DNA from: Planctomycetota bacterium
GTDB lineage: Bacteria; Planctomycetota; PLA2; JAEUHO01
Assembly: GCA_050248855.1 (NCBI GenBank)
Contig: JBFWRP010000005.1
Location: 8,389 to 72,388, forward strand
DNA: 64,000 nt
Direction of reading: 5' to 3'
The first letter of the stretch is position 1. Every line of letters starts with the position of its first letter. This document shows positions 9,539 to 18,668 of the stretch, piece after piece. The position numbers and the translations under genes were made by a program. Under the pieces are notes generated by a model. The model had not been told where the DNA came from, made no database searches, and was given only the letters and a program-made list of their open reading frames with translations.

Positions 9539-11334
9539 CGGTCCAGCCCCCGCGGCGACGCGTCGTCCTGCCGGACCGCCGGACGACGCCCGCGCTCCTC
9601 GAGCAAGTCGAGCCGCCGGAAGTAGGGGTACGCCTCGAGGTAGCGAAGCAGGTAGCGCTCGCCCTGGTACTTCGTCTTGTCCTCGCCCAACGCGCTGGGC
9701 AGGTTGTTGAGGCCGAACAGCGACCTCGTCATCTCGTCCAACCGCATCGCCACGAGGTCGCGCACGTCGCCGACCAAGAGCCCGTTCGGGTCGTCGACGA
9801 GGTCCTCCAGGGCTTGCAGGGTGGAGCTCGCCGCGAGCGGGAACGTGGGGCTGCGCAGCGCGGCGCCGTACTGGTCCACGAGGCGCCCGAGGGCCTCTTG
9901 GAACGGTCCCTTGGCGAGGATGCCCGCGGCGGCGCGCTCGAGACCCTTGACGGCCACCTCGCGCGTCTCGGCGTCGTCGAACCGTCCCTGGGCCAGGCCC
10001 CGGAGGAGGGCGACCGCCGCGAACGGACGCGGATCCTCCTGATCGCCCGGGATCGGGCGCTTGGACTTCTGCGAGAGCCAGTCGGCGCAGGCCTTCACCC
10101 CTTCCGCCGCACCGGCTTGGCCGGCACGGAAGAGCAGGAACGGGAGGACGCCGGGGCGCAGCTGGCGAGGTGGGTTGACCGCGCAGTCGACGCACTTGGC
10201 GTCGAGCCATACGCGCGGGACGTCGAGGAACAAAAGGGCCTGGACCGCCGCGCGGGCCACGGCGGCTTCGGTGTCGGTGGGCCGGAGCAGGCGCGGCCAC
10301 AGGCCTTCGGCGAGCTGCGCCTCCTGGCCGCGCGCGCGGGCGACGAGCGCACGGGCGAACAAGGCCTCGGCCGCCTCCGCCGGCTGGCCGAGGGCCTCGA
10401 CCGCCTCGAGCGCCGCGCTTAGATCGCCCAGGCGCTCCCCGAGCTCGGCAGGCCGGTCCCTGGCCAGCGCCGCGGCAAGGCCCAACGCCGCGGCAGCGCG
10501 CACGGCGCTCTGCGTCTCGCTCGACAGGAAGCGCAGGTACGTCGCGGCATCGCCGGAGCCGACGAGCCCGCGGGCGAGGAGCGCGGCTTGGCGCGGCGGC
10601 ACGGGCCCGAAGCCGTCGGGGTCGATGGCCTCGACGACTTCCCGGGCCTGCGGCCCGCCAATACGCCCCCAGGCGAGCAAGGCTGCGCAGGCCTCCGGGG
10701 CCGACGCACCCCGCGCAAGGAGGGCGAGGCGATCCCGCCCGACCTGCAGCAGCCGCTCCGCATCGCGGCGGATGCCCGCCGGCACGGCCAGGCTGGCCTC
10801 GACGACGACGAGGTCGGGGGGCGTCACCTCGTTCCAGGGGAACGCCCCGAGCGCCAGGGCGCAGAAGGCGCCGGTCCACTCTTCGTGCCCACCCCCCAGG
10901 CGATCGACCAAGGGGCCGACAACGGAGCGCTGCAGCTCGAGGGCGGGGCCGTACGCGTCACGCAGGGCGGCGACCGTGAGGGCGGCGTTCCACCACGTGG
11001 TGCGGCTGCTGCTCTGGCTGCCCAGCACCTCCCCGAGGATCGGCGCACTCACCAGGCCGAAGCGGCGCACGAGGCGTGCCCGCGCGGGGACGACGCGGTT
11101 CAGGTCCGCGAACGAGCTGTCGATCTCGTGCCGGATGTCCGTGTCCGTCTGCGGGTCCAGGATCCCGGGGTCGTGGAACGGCAGGGCCGGCGGGACGGGC
11201 TGGAGGTCGCGGGGGCCCCCCGCGTCGGCACGACCCACCGTGCACGTCAGCGCCAGGAGCAAAGCCAGCGTCAAGCTCCGGCCGCCGCGGCGTGCGAGCT
11301 CCCTATCGCGCATGCTGGTACCCGCCTTGGACAT
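9535..11334 (-). CDS. Secreted alpha-helical (HEAT/ARM-like) protein, operon partner of the kinase
   Basis: Signal peptide LTLALLLALTCTVGRADA. Ala/Leu-rich helical repeats. Stop overlaps the kinase start (ATGA). Start is either 11334 or the internal ATG at 11313. Confidence 0.65.
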   Translation of the reverse strand: MSKAGTSMRDRELARRGGRSLTLALLLALTCTVGRADAGGPRDLQPVPPALPFHDPGILDPQTDTDIRHEIDSSFADLNRVVPARARLVRRFGLVSAPILGEVLGSQSSSRTTWWNAALTVAALRDAYGPALELQRSVVGPLVDRLGGGHEEWTGAFCALALGAFPWNEVTPPDLVVVEASLAVPAGIRRDAERLLQVGRDRLALLARGASAPEACAALLAWGRIGGPQAREVVEAIDPDGFGPVPPRQAALLARGLVGSGDAATYLRFLSSETQSAVRAAAALGLAAALARDRPAELGERLGDLSAALEAVEALGQPAEAAEALFARALVARARGQEAQLAEGLWPRLLRPTDTEAAVARAAVQALLFLDVPRVWLDAKCVDCAVNPPRQLRPGVLPFLLFRAGQAGAAEGVKACADWLSQKSKRPIPGDQEDPRPFAAVALLRGLAQGRFDDAETREVAVKGLERAAAGILAKGPFQEALGRLVDQYGAALRSPTFPLAASSTLQALEDLVDDPNGLLVGDVRDLVAMRLDEMTRSLFGLNNLPSALGEDKTKYQGERYLLRYLEAYPYFRRLDLLEERGRRPAVRQDDASPRGLDR

Positions 11335-12961
11335 ACGCCCGCCAGCGCTCGTCGAGCCCCCGGTAGTCCACGCCGAACGCGGCCTTCAACGCCTTCTCTT
11401 CGTCGGGCTCGTCGCCCTTGGTCAAGTCGATGAACTGCTTGAACTTGGCGGCGTCCCAGCGGATCAGGCACTCGACGACGCTCCAGCTCTTGACCAGCTC
11501 GACGTAGCGGAACTGGCTGAGCTCCATGCGCGCCAGGCGCTTGAGCGGCGGGTCCGTGCCCGCCAGTACCTCGGCCTTGAGGGCCTCGCGCCATCGCGCG
11601 CTGTCCTGCCAGATGGGGACGTCGGTGTCCTCGCCGGTGGCTTGGCTGCCGGCGCCGCGGCCGAGCGTGAACGTGAGGCTGTAGCCGATCGCATCCATCT
11701 CGAGCACGTAGGCGAAGCCCTCCTGGAGCCACGCCGACGGGAAGCGGTAGTCGCGCTTGTAGATGGTCAGCAAGAGCTTGCCGACCTGGTGGACGGTGTT
11801 GCTGACGAAGGTCTTGTCGGTGTTGGGGAACTGGTAGCAGCCGATGGCGTTCAGGTCCTGCACCCACCACCAGGCGTGCTGGCGCTGCACCGCCCCCACC
11901 CAGCCCTTGACGAGCTCGTCCGCCTTGACGTGGCCCGCGAACCACGTGGCGAAGCGGGTGTAGGACGGCAGCTTGACGTGGAGGACCACGCGCGTGCGCT
12001 GCGTCACGTCGTCTTCGGGCAGGTCGTCGCCCGTGGGCTTCAGGTACCCACGCGCCGCGGCGTAGGCCTTCTCGCACCCATCCGCGATGGTCCCGAGCAG
12101 GGGCTCCTGCACGTCCCCCATGAGGTCGAACCACGGCGCCCAGCGGTAGACGAGCGGCAGCCGCGAGCCCTTGGAGGCGAGGTCGACGAAGGCCTTGCCC
12201 TCGGCTTCGCCGAAGCGAACCCAGGCCCCGTCCACCTGGCGCTCGCCGCGGCGCCGGCGCCACTCTTCCTCGGTGACCCAGTCGTTGCCGTCCTTGCGCA
12301 GGCCCTTCTCGCGGGCCTCCTTCTCGGCGGGGGTGATCCACTCCCCCTCGTAGGGCACCAGGCCACGGGCCCGGAGCTCGGCCTCGCGCGCGGCCGCCTC
12401 GCGGCGTGCCTGCTCCTCGGGGCTCATCCACTCGCCGTCGACCTTGACGTGGCCGAGCGCCTCGCGCGCCTTGCGATGCTGGGGGTCGGCCGCGACGACC
12501 TGCTGCAGGATCGCGGGGAGCTCGCTCTCGAAGCCGGCCTTCTTGGCCCACTGCCATACCGCCCACAGGGCCTTGGCGTCGCCCTCGGCCTGCTGGGTGC
12601 GGAAGGCCAGCTGCTCGCGCAGCGGGGGCTTGCGCGTGTCGACCGACTTGACGTCCGCTCTCGGCACCGTGCGCGTGCCGTCGAAGGTGGTCTCGATGAC
12701 GACCTTCTCGTCGTCCTCCACGAGCACCTTTCCCTCGTAGGTGGTCCCGTCCCGCGTGACGACGACGTCGGCCCGCGCCGCTTCCGCGAGCGGCCCGGCG
12801 ACGAGGGCGCCGCCCAGCAGGACGGCACCGAGCAGGACGGCACCGGACAGGACGGCGAGCGCCAGGGCGCCGGGCCCCGCGCCCCCGATGCCCGGGCGGG
12901 TCGGGGCGACGCCGGACGCAGCGCCTCGCGCGAGCGCGGGAGCGTTCCGTAGCATCCTCAC
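11303..12961 (-). CDS. Secreted or membrane-anchored hypothetical protein, first gene of the kinase operon
   Basis: N-terminal hydrophobic segment ALALAVLSGAVLLGAVLLGGALVAG. W/K/E-rich globular composition. 32-nt overlap with the next gene. No family could be assigned from sequence. Confidence 0.6.
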   Translation of the reverse strand: MRMLRNAPALARGAASGVAPTRPGIGGAGPGALALAVLSGAVLLGAVLLGGALVAGPLAEAARADVVVTRDGTTYEGKVLVEDDEKVVIETTFDGTRTVPRADVKSVDTRKPPLREQLAFRTQQAEGDAKALWAVWQWAKKAGFESELPAILQQVVAADPQHRKAREALGHVKVDGEWMSPEEQARREAAAREAELRARGLVPYEGEWITPAEKEAREKGLRKDGNDWVTEEEWRRRRGERQVDGAWVRFGEAEGKAFVDLASKGSRLPLVYRWAPWFDLMGDVQEPLLGTIADGCEKAYAAARGYLKPTGDDLPEDDVTQRTRVVLHVKLPSYTRFATWFAGHVKADELVKGWVGAVQRQHAWWWVQDLNAIGCYQFPNTDKTFVSNTVHQVGKLLLTIYKRDYRFPSAWLQEGFAYVLEMDAIGYSLTFTLGRGAGSQATGEDTDVPIWQDSARWREALKAEVLAGTDPPLKRLARMELSQFRYVELVKSWSVVECLIRWDAAKFKQFIDLTKGDEPDEEKALKAAFGVDYRGLDERWRAYVQGGYQHAR

Positions 12962-13288
12962 GATCCTACCTGCGGCTCCGCCTCGGGACGTTCCGGACGT
13001 CGGTGACCCTTCGCAGCAGGAGGGCCGCCAGTCAGGTGCACGCCTACACCGCTGGGTACCCGCTCACCTACCCCGAAAACAAGCCGCCAGGCGCGCATAG
13101 ACGCCGCTCGGAGCGGAGCGCCACCTCCACGAACCGGGTCGCCAGGGCGACGGTAGCGCGCCCGCATCGGCGACGACTCGTGGTCTGGTCCCCCGTTGGC
13201 GTTCCGCGCTCACGCGCGGATTCGGTGCTCCGGCTTCGCCTGCGCAGCAGGGGTGCTGGTTCCGCACCACCCCTGCACCCCTCACGGT

Positions 13289-13313
13289 GGGACCGAGCAT
13301 CTGGCGAGCCGCC
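13289..13313. repeat. Copy of core motif gggaccgagcatctggcgagccgcc
   Basis: Identical to 5033-5057. Confidence 0.8.
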
Positions 13314-13420
13314 CGTCCGCACTCCAGGGGCTGAACACTGCAATGGAAGGTGCCTGAACTCCGGGCTCGGACAGGACAGCCACGCTTCCATGGGAGGGGG
13401 TGCCGCGCGCATCGAGACGC

Positions 13421-13520
13421 GGTACGGAGGCGGGGATTTCTTCCGCAACTTGCCGCCCTGCGCTTCGGCATGCGGAAGTGCCCATCGGCAAGTTGCGGAA
13501 GAATTCCCCGCCTCCGTACG
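13421..13520. repeat. Giant palindromic element (35-bp arms, 30-nt loop)
   Basis: Left arm ggtacggaggcggggatttcttccgcaacttgccg. Right arm cggcaagttgcggaagaattccccgcctccgtacg. Its loop contains catgcggaag, the reverse complement of cttccgcatg in the loop of the 39262-39360 element. Confidence 0.8.
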
Positions 13521-13544
13521 GGCTTTGCCGTCGGCATGAAGAAC

Positions 13545-15230
13545 TTACACCGCTGGGTCGCGGCGCAGGGCCCGAAGCCCCTCGAAGAGGACGAGCGCCT
13601 CGAGCGCGAGGAACAGGGCGCCGAACGTGACGACGACGGCGTTGCCCCGCTCGGTCTCGGCCACGAGGCCCTGGATGCCCGCCCAGGTCGTCATGGCCAG
13701 CAGGAACAGCAGGGGCACCAGGATGACGATGCGCGGCCGCCCCGCGCGCCGCAGGACGACGTAGAGGACGAGCAGCGTGAGGGCCCCGATCAGCTGGTTC
13801 GTCGTGCCGAAGACCGGCCACAGGATGAACCCGCCGCTGCCGATGCCCTTGCCCCCGTCGGTGAGCAGCGCCAGGAGGGCCGCAGGCACGACCGCCACGG
13901 TCGTCGCCACGTAGCGGTTGCGCAGGGACGTCACGCCGAAGGCATCGCCGAGCTCGGTCAGGCAGAAGCGCTGGATGCGGGCCGCGGTGTCCAAGGTGGT
14001 GGCGGCGAACGAGATGACGATGACGGCGATCACCGTCTGCGCGAGCTGGGTGTCGCCGGCGAGCAGCGGCTCGAGGAAGCGACTGGCCCCCGCCACGAAG
14101 TGCGTGATGCCGGTGTTGCCCACCTGCTGCCAGTCGCCGTACTGGGCGCGCCACTCTGCGGCGCTCCCCAGCCCCGCGGTCGTGGCGAGCACCGCCAGCA
14201 TGGCCAAGACGCCCTCGCCGAGCATGCCGCCGTAGCCGATGGTGCGCGCATCGCGCATGCGGTCCAGCTGCTTGGCGGTGGTCCCACTGGCAACCAGACC
14301 GTGGAAGCCGCTGATGGCTCCGCACGCGATCGTGATGAACAACATCGGCAGGAGCCCCGGCGTTCCGGGGGGGACGTCGTGGTTGATCGCCGGTGCCGTC
14401 ACCTCCAGGCCCGGCGAAAGGGCAAGGCCCAGCAGGAGGCCCCCGAGGCCCAGGAACAGCTGGTGCGAGTTGATGTAGTCGCGCGGCTGGAGAAGCACGC
14501 GCACCGGGAGCACGCTGGCAACCCAGGCGTAGGCCAGCAGGAACACCACCCACGTGGCGATCGGCGAGCCCGCCAGCTCGAGCGCCGGTGGGAGCACGCC
14601 GGCCTCGGGGTGCCGCGCGAACACCACGACCAGCGCGTAGAGCACGGCCAGGGCGAGCAGCGAGGGCACGAGCAGCCGCCCGCCGCGGCCGTAGACCCAC
14701 CAGCCCAAGACGAGCGCCACGACGATCTCGAGGTTGATGGGCCAGACGCTGGCCGGCACGTTCGTGAACAGCACGGCGATCAGGTACGCGAAGACCGCCA
14801 GCACGATCCACGTGAGCAACACGATGATGCCTAGGAACCCGACGCGGGCGCGCGGCGAGAGGATGGTGCCCGCCAGGTCGCCGATGGTGCGGCCGCCGCG
14901 CTGCGCCGAGAGGGCCAACGCGCCGAAGTCGTGGACGGCGCCGATGAAGATGGTGCCGAGCACGACCCACAGCAGGGCGGGCAGCCAGCCCCAGATCACC
15001 GCGATGGCCGGGCCCACGATGGGCGCGGCGCCGGCCACCGAACAGAAGTGGTGCCCGAACAGGACGTGCTTCCCGCAAGGGACGCAGTCGACACCATCGG
15101 GCGCGGTGTGGGCGGGCGTCGGCTGCGCGTCGTCGAGGGCAAACACCTTCCGCTCGAGCCAGCGGGCGTAGGTACGGTGCGCGACGACGAAGGCCGCAAG
15201 GGCCCCCGCGGCAAGCAGGGCGGCGTTCAT
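13545..15230 (-). CDS. cstA: Carbon starvation protein A (CstA family peptide/pyruvate transporter)
   Basis: 561-aa polytopic membrane protein with the characteristic CstA N-terminus (CVPCGKHVLFGHHFCSVAGAAPIVGPAIAVIWGWLPA). Confidence 0.85.
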   Translation of the reverse strand: MNAALLAAGALAAFVVAHRTYARWLERKVFALDDAQPTPAHTAPDGVDCVPCGKHVLFGHHFCSVAGAAPIVGPAIAVIWGWLPALLWVVLGTIFIGAVHDFGALALSAQRGGRTIGDLAGTILSPRARVGFLGIIVLLTWIVLAVFAYLIAVLFTNVPASVWPINLEIVVALVLGWWVYGRGGRLLVPSLLALAVLYALVVVFARHPEAGVLPPALELAGSPIATWVVFLLAYAWVASVLPVRVLLQPRDYINSHQLFLGLGGLLLGLALSPGLEVTAPAINHDVPPGTPGLLPMLFITIACGAISGFHGLVASGTTAKQLDRMRDARTIGYGGMLGEGVLAMLAVLATTAGLGSAAEWRAQYGDWQQVGNTGITHFVAGASRFLEPLLAGDTQLAQTVIAVIVISFAATTLDTAARIQRFCLTELGDAFGVTSLRNRYVATTVAVVPAALLALLTDGGKGIGSGGFILWPVFGTTNQLIGALTLLVLYVVLRRAGRPRIVILVPLLFLLAMTTWAGIQGLVAETERGNAVVVTFGALFLALEALVLFEGLRALRRDPAV

Positions 15231-15313
15231 CGCAACACCCTACGGCGTACGGGGACGCTCCTCCCCGCCGGCGAACGACGCGCGCAGGCGCGAGCCGGGC
15301 ACCCCCGCGCGGG

Positions 15314-17233
15314 TCAGGCCTCCATGCCGTACTTCTCGAGCTTGCGCTGGAGGGTGAAGCGGCTGATGCCGAGCAGGTCGGAGGCCTTGGTCTTGTTGCC
15401 TTCCGCCTGGACCAGCGCCTTCTCGATCTCCGTCCGCTCGACGTGCTCCACGAGATCGACCAGGTTGCGGACGGGGCCGTCGTCGCTGGACGGGCGGCCG
15501 CTGCCGCCGCGGCGGATGGGCTCGGACAGCACGTCGATGGTGATGACGTCATCGCCCAACGCGACCATCCGCTTCACCTCGTTCTCGAGCTCGCGGATGT
15601 TGCCGGGCCAGTCGTAGGCCTGGAGCGCCTGCGCGACGCCGGGGCCCAGCGTCTTCGGCGCGCGGCCCTTGCCGGCATGCAGGCGCAGGAAGTGGTCCGC
15701 CAGCAGCGGAATGTCCTCCTTGCGGTCGCGCAGCGGCGGCAGGTCGATCGTGAGCACGCGCAGGCGGTAGTAGAGGTCCTCGCGGAACTCCCCGGCCCGC
15801 ACCAAACGGTCCAGGCGCTTGTTGCTGGCCGAGACGATGCGGACGTCGACCTTGCGCACGGACTTGCCGCCGACCGGGCGTACCTCGCCCTCCTGGAGCG
15901 TACGCAGCAGCTTCTTCTGCATGTCGGGGCTCATGTCCGCGACTTCGTCGAGGAAGAGCGTGCCCTGATCGGCCAGCTCGAAGAGGCCCTTCTTGTCGCG
16001 GTCCGCGCCGGTGAACGAGCCGCGTACGTGGCCGAAGAGCTCGCTCTCGAGCAGCGTGTCGGTAAGCGCGGCGCAGTTCTCCGACAGGAAGGCCTGTCGC
16101 GCTCGCGGGCCGTGGGCATGGATGGCGCGGGCAATGAGCTCCTTGCCCGTTCCGCTCTCGCCGGTGATCAGCACGGGCTCGTCCGTGCGCACGATCTTGT
16201 CGAGCAGGCGCAGCACGTCCCGCATGGCCTGCGACTCGCCGATGATCTGCGGGTAGACGCCCTGCGGGGCCCCCACCTTGCGCAGCCGGTCGCGGACTTC
16301 CGTCAGCTCGCGGGCTTGGCCTTCGACGCGCAGCTCCAGGCGCTGGTTGAGGTCGTCGACCTCGATGAGTCGCCTCTCGTTCTCCTCGTAGAGCGAGGCC
16401 CGCTCGATGGCGGTGGCCGCAAGATCGACGAGCGACGTCAGCATGTCCCGCTCGGCATCGCCGAAGGCGCCCGCCTGCAGGCGGTTGTCCACGTAGACGG
16501 CGCCCGCCGTGCGGCCCCGGACCTGGAACGGCAGGCACAGCACGCTACGGGCGCGGATGGCGCTGATCGACAGTGCCCCGGAGAAGCGCTCGTCCTCGAC
16601 CGCATTGGCCGTGAGGACGGGCTCGCCGGTGGCCAGCACGCGGTCGACGATGGACTGGGAGAAGGCCGCCTCGGGGCTCTGCACGTCCTCCTGCTCGAAG
16701 TTGCGGGCCACGTGGACCGTGGCCCCGCCATCCGGGCCCGGGCGGCGCAGCACGAGGAAGCCCCGCTCCGCGCCGGCGATCTCGACGACGTGGTCGAGGA
16801 TGATCCTGAGCAGCGGGTCCAGATGCAGCTCGCTGTTCAGGGCCTTGACGACGCGCTGGAGGCGCTCGAGCCGATCGCGCTCGTCGTCCAGCCCGATGAC
16901 CTGGGTGGAGTGGCCGGGGTCGTCGTCCGTGTCGGCGTCCGGCGGCGGGGCCTGCTCGAACCAGAGCCGGGCGTTGCCGACACGAAGCTCGTCCCCGGGC
17001 CGGATGCGCGAGCGCTCGACGAGGTGGCCGTTCAGCCGGGTGCCGTTCTGGCTGCCGAGGTCGCGCACGACGTACTGGTCCGGGGCGACGCGCTCGACGG
17101 TGCAGTGCTCGCGGGAGGCCCGGAGGTCGAGAACCGCGATGTCGTTCTGCGGGGCGCGGCCGATGCGCACGACATCCTTGGGCAGGTCGTAGACCGTCCG
17201 GGTGTCCTTCTCGTCCAGGATGTAGCGCGGCAC
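15314..17233 (-). CDS. Sigma-54-dependent transcriptional activator with N-terminal FHA and GAF domains
   Basis: GTG at 17233 preceded by AGGAGG. FHA motif TVYDLPKDVVRIGRAPQNDIAVLD...SREHCTV. GAF region. AAA+ sigma-54 activator motifs GESGTGKE and GSFTGA (GAFTGA variant). C-terminal Fis-type HTH. Confidence 0.9.
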   Translation of the reverse strand: MPRYILDEKDTRTVYDLPKDVVRIGRAPQNDIAVLDLRASREHCTVERVAPDQYVVRDLGSQNGTRLNGHLVERSRIRPGDELRVGNARLWFEQAPPPDADTDDDPGHSTQVIGLDDERDRLERLQRVVKALNSELHLDPLLRIILDHVVEIAGAERGFLVLRRPGPDGGATVHVARNFEQEDVQSPEAAFSQSIVDRVLATGEPVLTANAVEDERFSGALSISAIRARSVLCLPFQVRGRTAGAVYVDNRLQAGAFGDAERDMLTSLVDLAATAIERASLYEENERRLIEVDDLNQRLELRVEGQARELTEVRDRLRKVGAPQGVYPQIIGESQAMRDVLRLLDKIVRTDEPVLITGESGTGKELIARAIHAHGPRARQAFLSENCAALTDTLLESELFGHVRGSFTGADRDKKGLFELADQGTLFLDEVADMSPDMQKKLLRTLQEGEVRPVGGKSVRKVDVRIVSASNKRLDRLVRAGEFREDLYYRLRVLTIDLPPLRDRKEDIPLLADHFLRLHAGKGRAPKTLGPGVAQALQAYDWPGNIRELENEVKRMVALGDDVITIDVLSEPIRRGGSGRPSSDDGPVRNLVDLVEHVERTEIEKALVQAEGNKTKASDLLGISRFTLQRKLEKYGMEA

Positions 17234-17402
17234 GTGCCTCCAACCTCCTGACGGCCTGCGGGGAGGTCGTAGGATACGGGCCGCGGGCCGTCGTCCCCCG
17301 ACCGCGCCGACCGACGCATCTGGGGGAGGCGTCCCGTAGGCTGCCGCTCGACCCCCCAGGGCCCCCCTACCCCGGGTCCGGTCGTGTGCGGTCGCGGAAG
17401 GG

Positions 17403-18467
17403 ATGGCCATGCCCAAGCACTTCCTCCTCGAGGAGCTCGCCGGTCTTGCCGGGGTGCCGGTGCGTCAGGTGCAGGCCTGGGAGACCGACGGCCTGCTCGG
17501 GGACGTCCCGCGCGACGCCTCCAAGCGCCCGCTCTACGGCTTCGAGCACGCCGAGCGCTGCGTGGAGCTGGGCGGACGAGGGCTCCAGCGCCGCCTGTGC
17601 GTGGTCAACCAGAAGGGCGGCGTCGGCAAGACGACCACGGCCTTCACCCTCGCCGCGGCGCTGGCGGACCTCGGGCGCCGCGTGCTCTGCGTCGACCTCG
17701 ACGCGCAGGCCAACCTCACCACGTCTTTCGGTTTCGATCCCGACGCGCTCGATCGCACCAGCGCGGACCTTCTCACCGAAGACGACGTCGGCCCCGAAGA
17801 CGTCATCCTCGAGACCAACCTCGAGGGCGTCCACGCGATTCCCGCCGACATCAAGCTGGTCAACGTGGAAGCCCGCATCCAGGACGAGATGCAGCGCGAG
17901 CGCATCCTCGACCGCAAGCTGTCGCCGCTCTACGACCGCTACCACTTCATCGTGTTCGACTGCCCGCCCAACCTCTCCCGCGTCACGATCAACGCGCTCT
18001 GCGCCAGCGAGGAAGTGATCGTGCCGATCGAGACGCAGTCCTACTCGATCAAGGCCATCAGCGACCTGACGCACACCTTCACGCTGCTCAAGCGCAAGAT
18101 GGGTCACGACCTCACGGTCTGGCTGCTCCCCACCAAGGTGGACCGCAGCGTCAAGATCGCCACCGACATCCTCGACGCGCTCGACGACGCGTTCCGCGGT
18201 CGCCTGCTGGACCCGATCCACGTCGACCCCACCCTGATTCGCGCCCCGCTGCTGTGCGAGCCGATCACGCGCGCCTACCCGAACGCCCCCTCGGCGCTCG
18301 AGTACGCGCGCCTGGGGCGGTTCCTCACCTTGCACGACGCCGAGCGCGCGCAGTGGATGGGCCTCACGCTGGCCGAGCGTCGCCGGATCATCGAGAAGGC
18401 CGCGCGCGACGTCGCCGACGAGGCGGATCTTCCGCCGGCCATCAAGAAGAAGCGGCTATGGGGATGA
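17403..18467 (+). CDS. ParA/MinD-family ATPase with N-terminal MerR-like HTH
   Basis: Deviant Walker A NQKGGVGKTTTA. N-terminal LLEELAGLAGVPVRQVQAWETDGLL resembles a MerR HTH. 354 aa. Confidence 0.75.
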   Translation: MAMPKHFLLEELAGLAGVPVRQVQAWETDGLLGDVPRDASKRPLYGFEHAERCVELGGRGLQRRLCVVNQKGGVGKTTTAFTLAAALADLGRRVLCVDLDAQANLTTSFGFDPDALDRTSADLLTEDDVGPEDVILETNLEGVHAIPADIKLVNVEARIQDEMQRERILDRKLSPLYDRYHFIVFDCPPNLSRVTINALCASEEVIVPIETQSYSIKAISDLTHTFTLLKRKMGHDLTVWLLPTKVDRSVKIATDILDALDDAFRGRLLDPIHVDPTLIRAPLLCEPITRAYPNAPSALEYARLGRFLTLHDAERAQWMGLTLAERRRIIEKAARDVADEADLPPAIKKKRLWG

Positions 18468-18480
18468 TGGTTGCTTGGCG

Positions 18481-18650
18481 TGCGGCTAGGCGGCTCGCCG
18501 AGTGCTCGGCGGCGCCGGCGCGATCCGCTCCTCGAGTGAACAGACCACGAGTCGTCGCGGATCGCTTGGCGGCGCCTTCGCCCTGACGAGCCGAGGTGCG
18601 ACGGCCGCGACTCGAACCCAGGCGTGCTTGCTTCTGGGTGGCTTGCGCAC
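18481..18650. repeat. Interspersed structured repeat element (paralogue of 46769-46956)
   Basis: Shares ctcctcgagtgaacagaccacgagtcgtcgc (30/30) and gccctgacga with the copy after ftsK. Here the shared core is flanked by an internal inverted repeat gcgatccgc...gcggatcgc. Sits between convergent genes. Confidence 0.8.
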
Positions 18651-18668
18651 GCGGGGAGGCACCGTGCG

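Noticed and set aside
5606-9625. 1339-aa + strand ORF
   Set aside because: It is exactly antisense to the kinase gene. Its composition is dominated by Arg/Ala/Gly runs and it has no motifs. This is a typical high-GC stop-free artefact.
12962-13080. Possible sigma-54 promoter (TGGCGGCCCTCCTGCT) upstream of the kinase operon
   Set aside because: The GG to GC spacing is off by one from the TGGCACG-N4-TTGC consensus. It was not reported as a feature.
13036-13557. 13-mer tacaccgctgggt present at 13036 and 13545
   Set aside because: About 30 chance 13-mer pairs are expected in 64 kb at this GC content. There is no supporting structure.
18596-18625. tRNA-like T-loop string gactcgaaccc
   Set aside because: The flanking 5-mers are not complementary, so no T-stem forms. 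No acceptor or anticodon arms could be built. It is part of the repeat element, not a tRNA.
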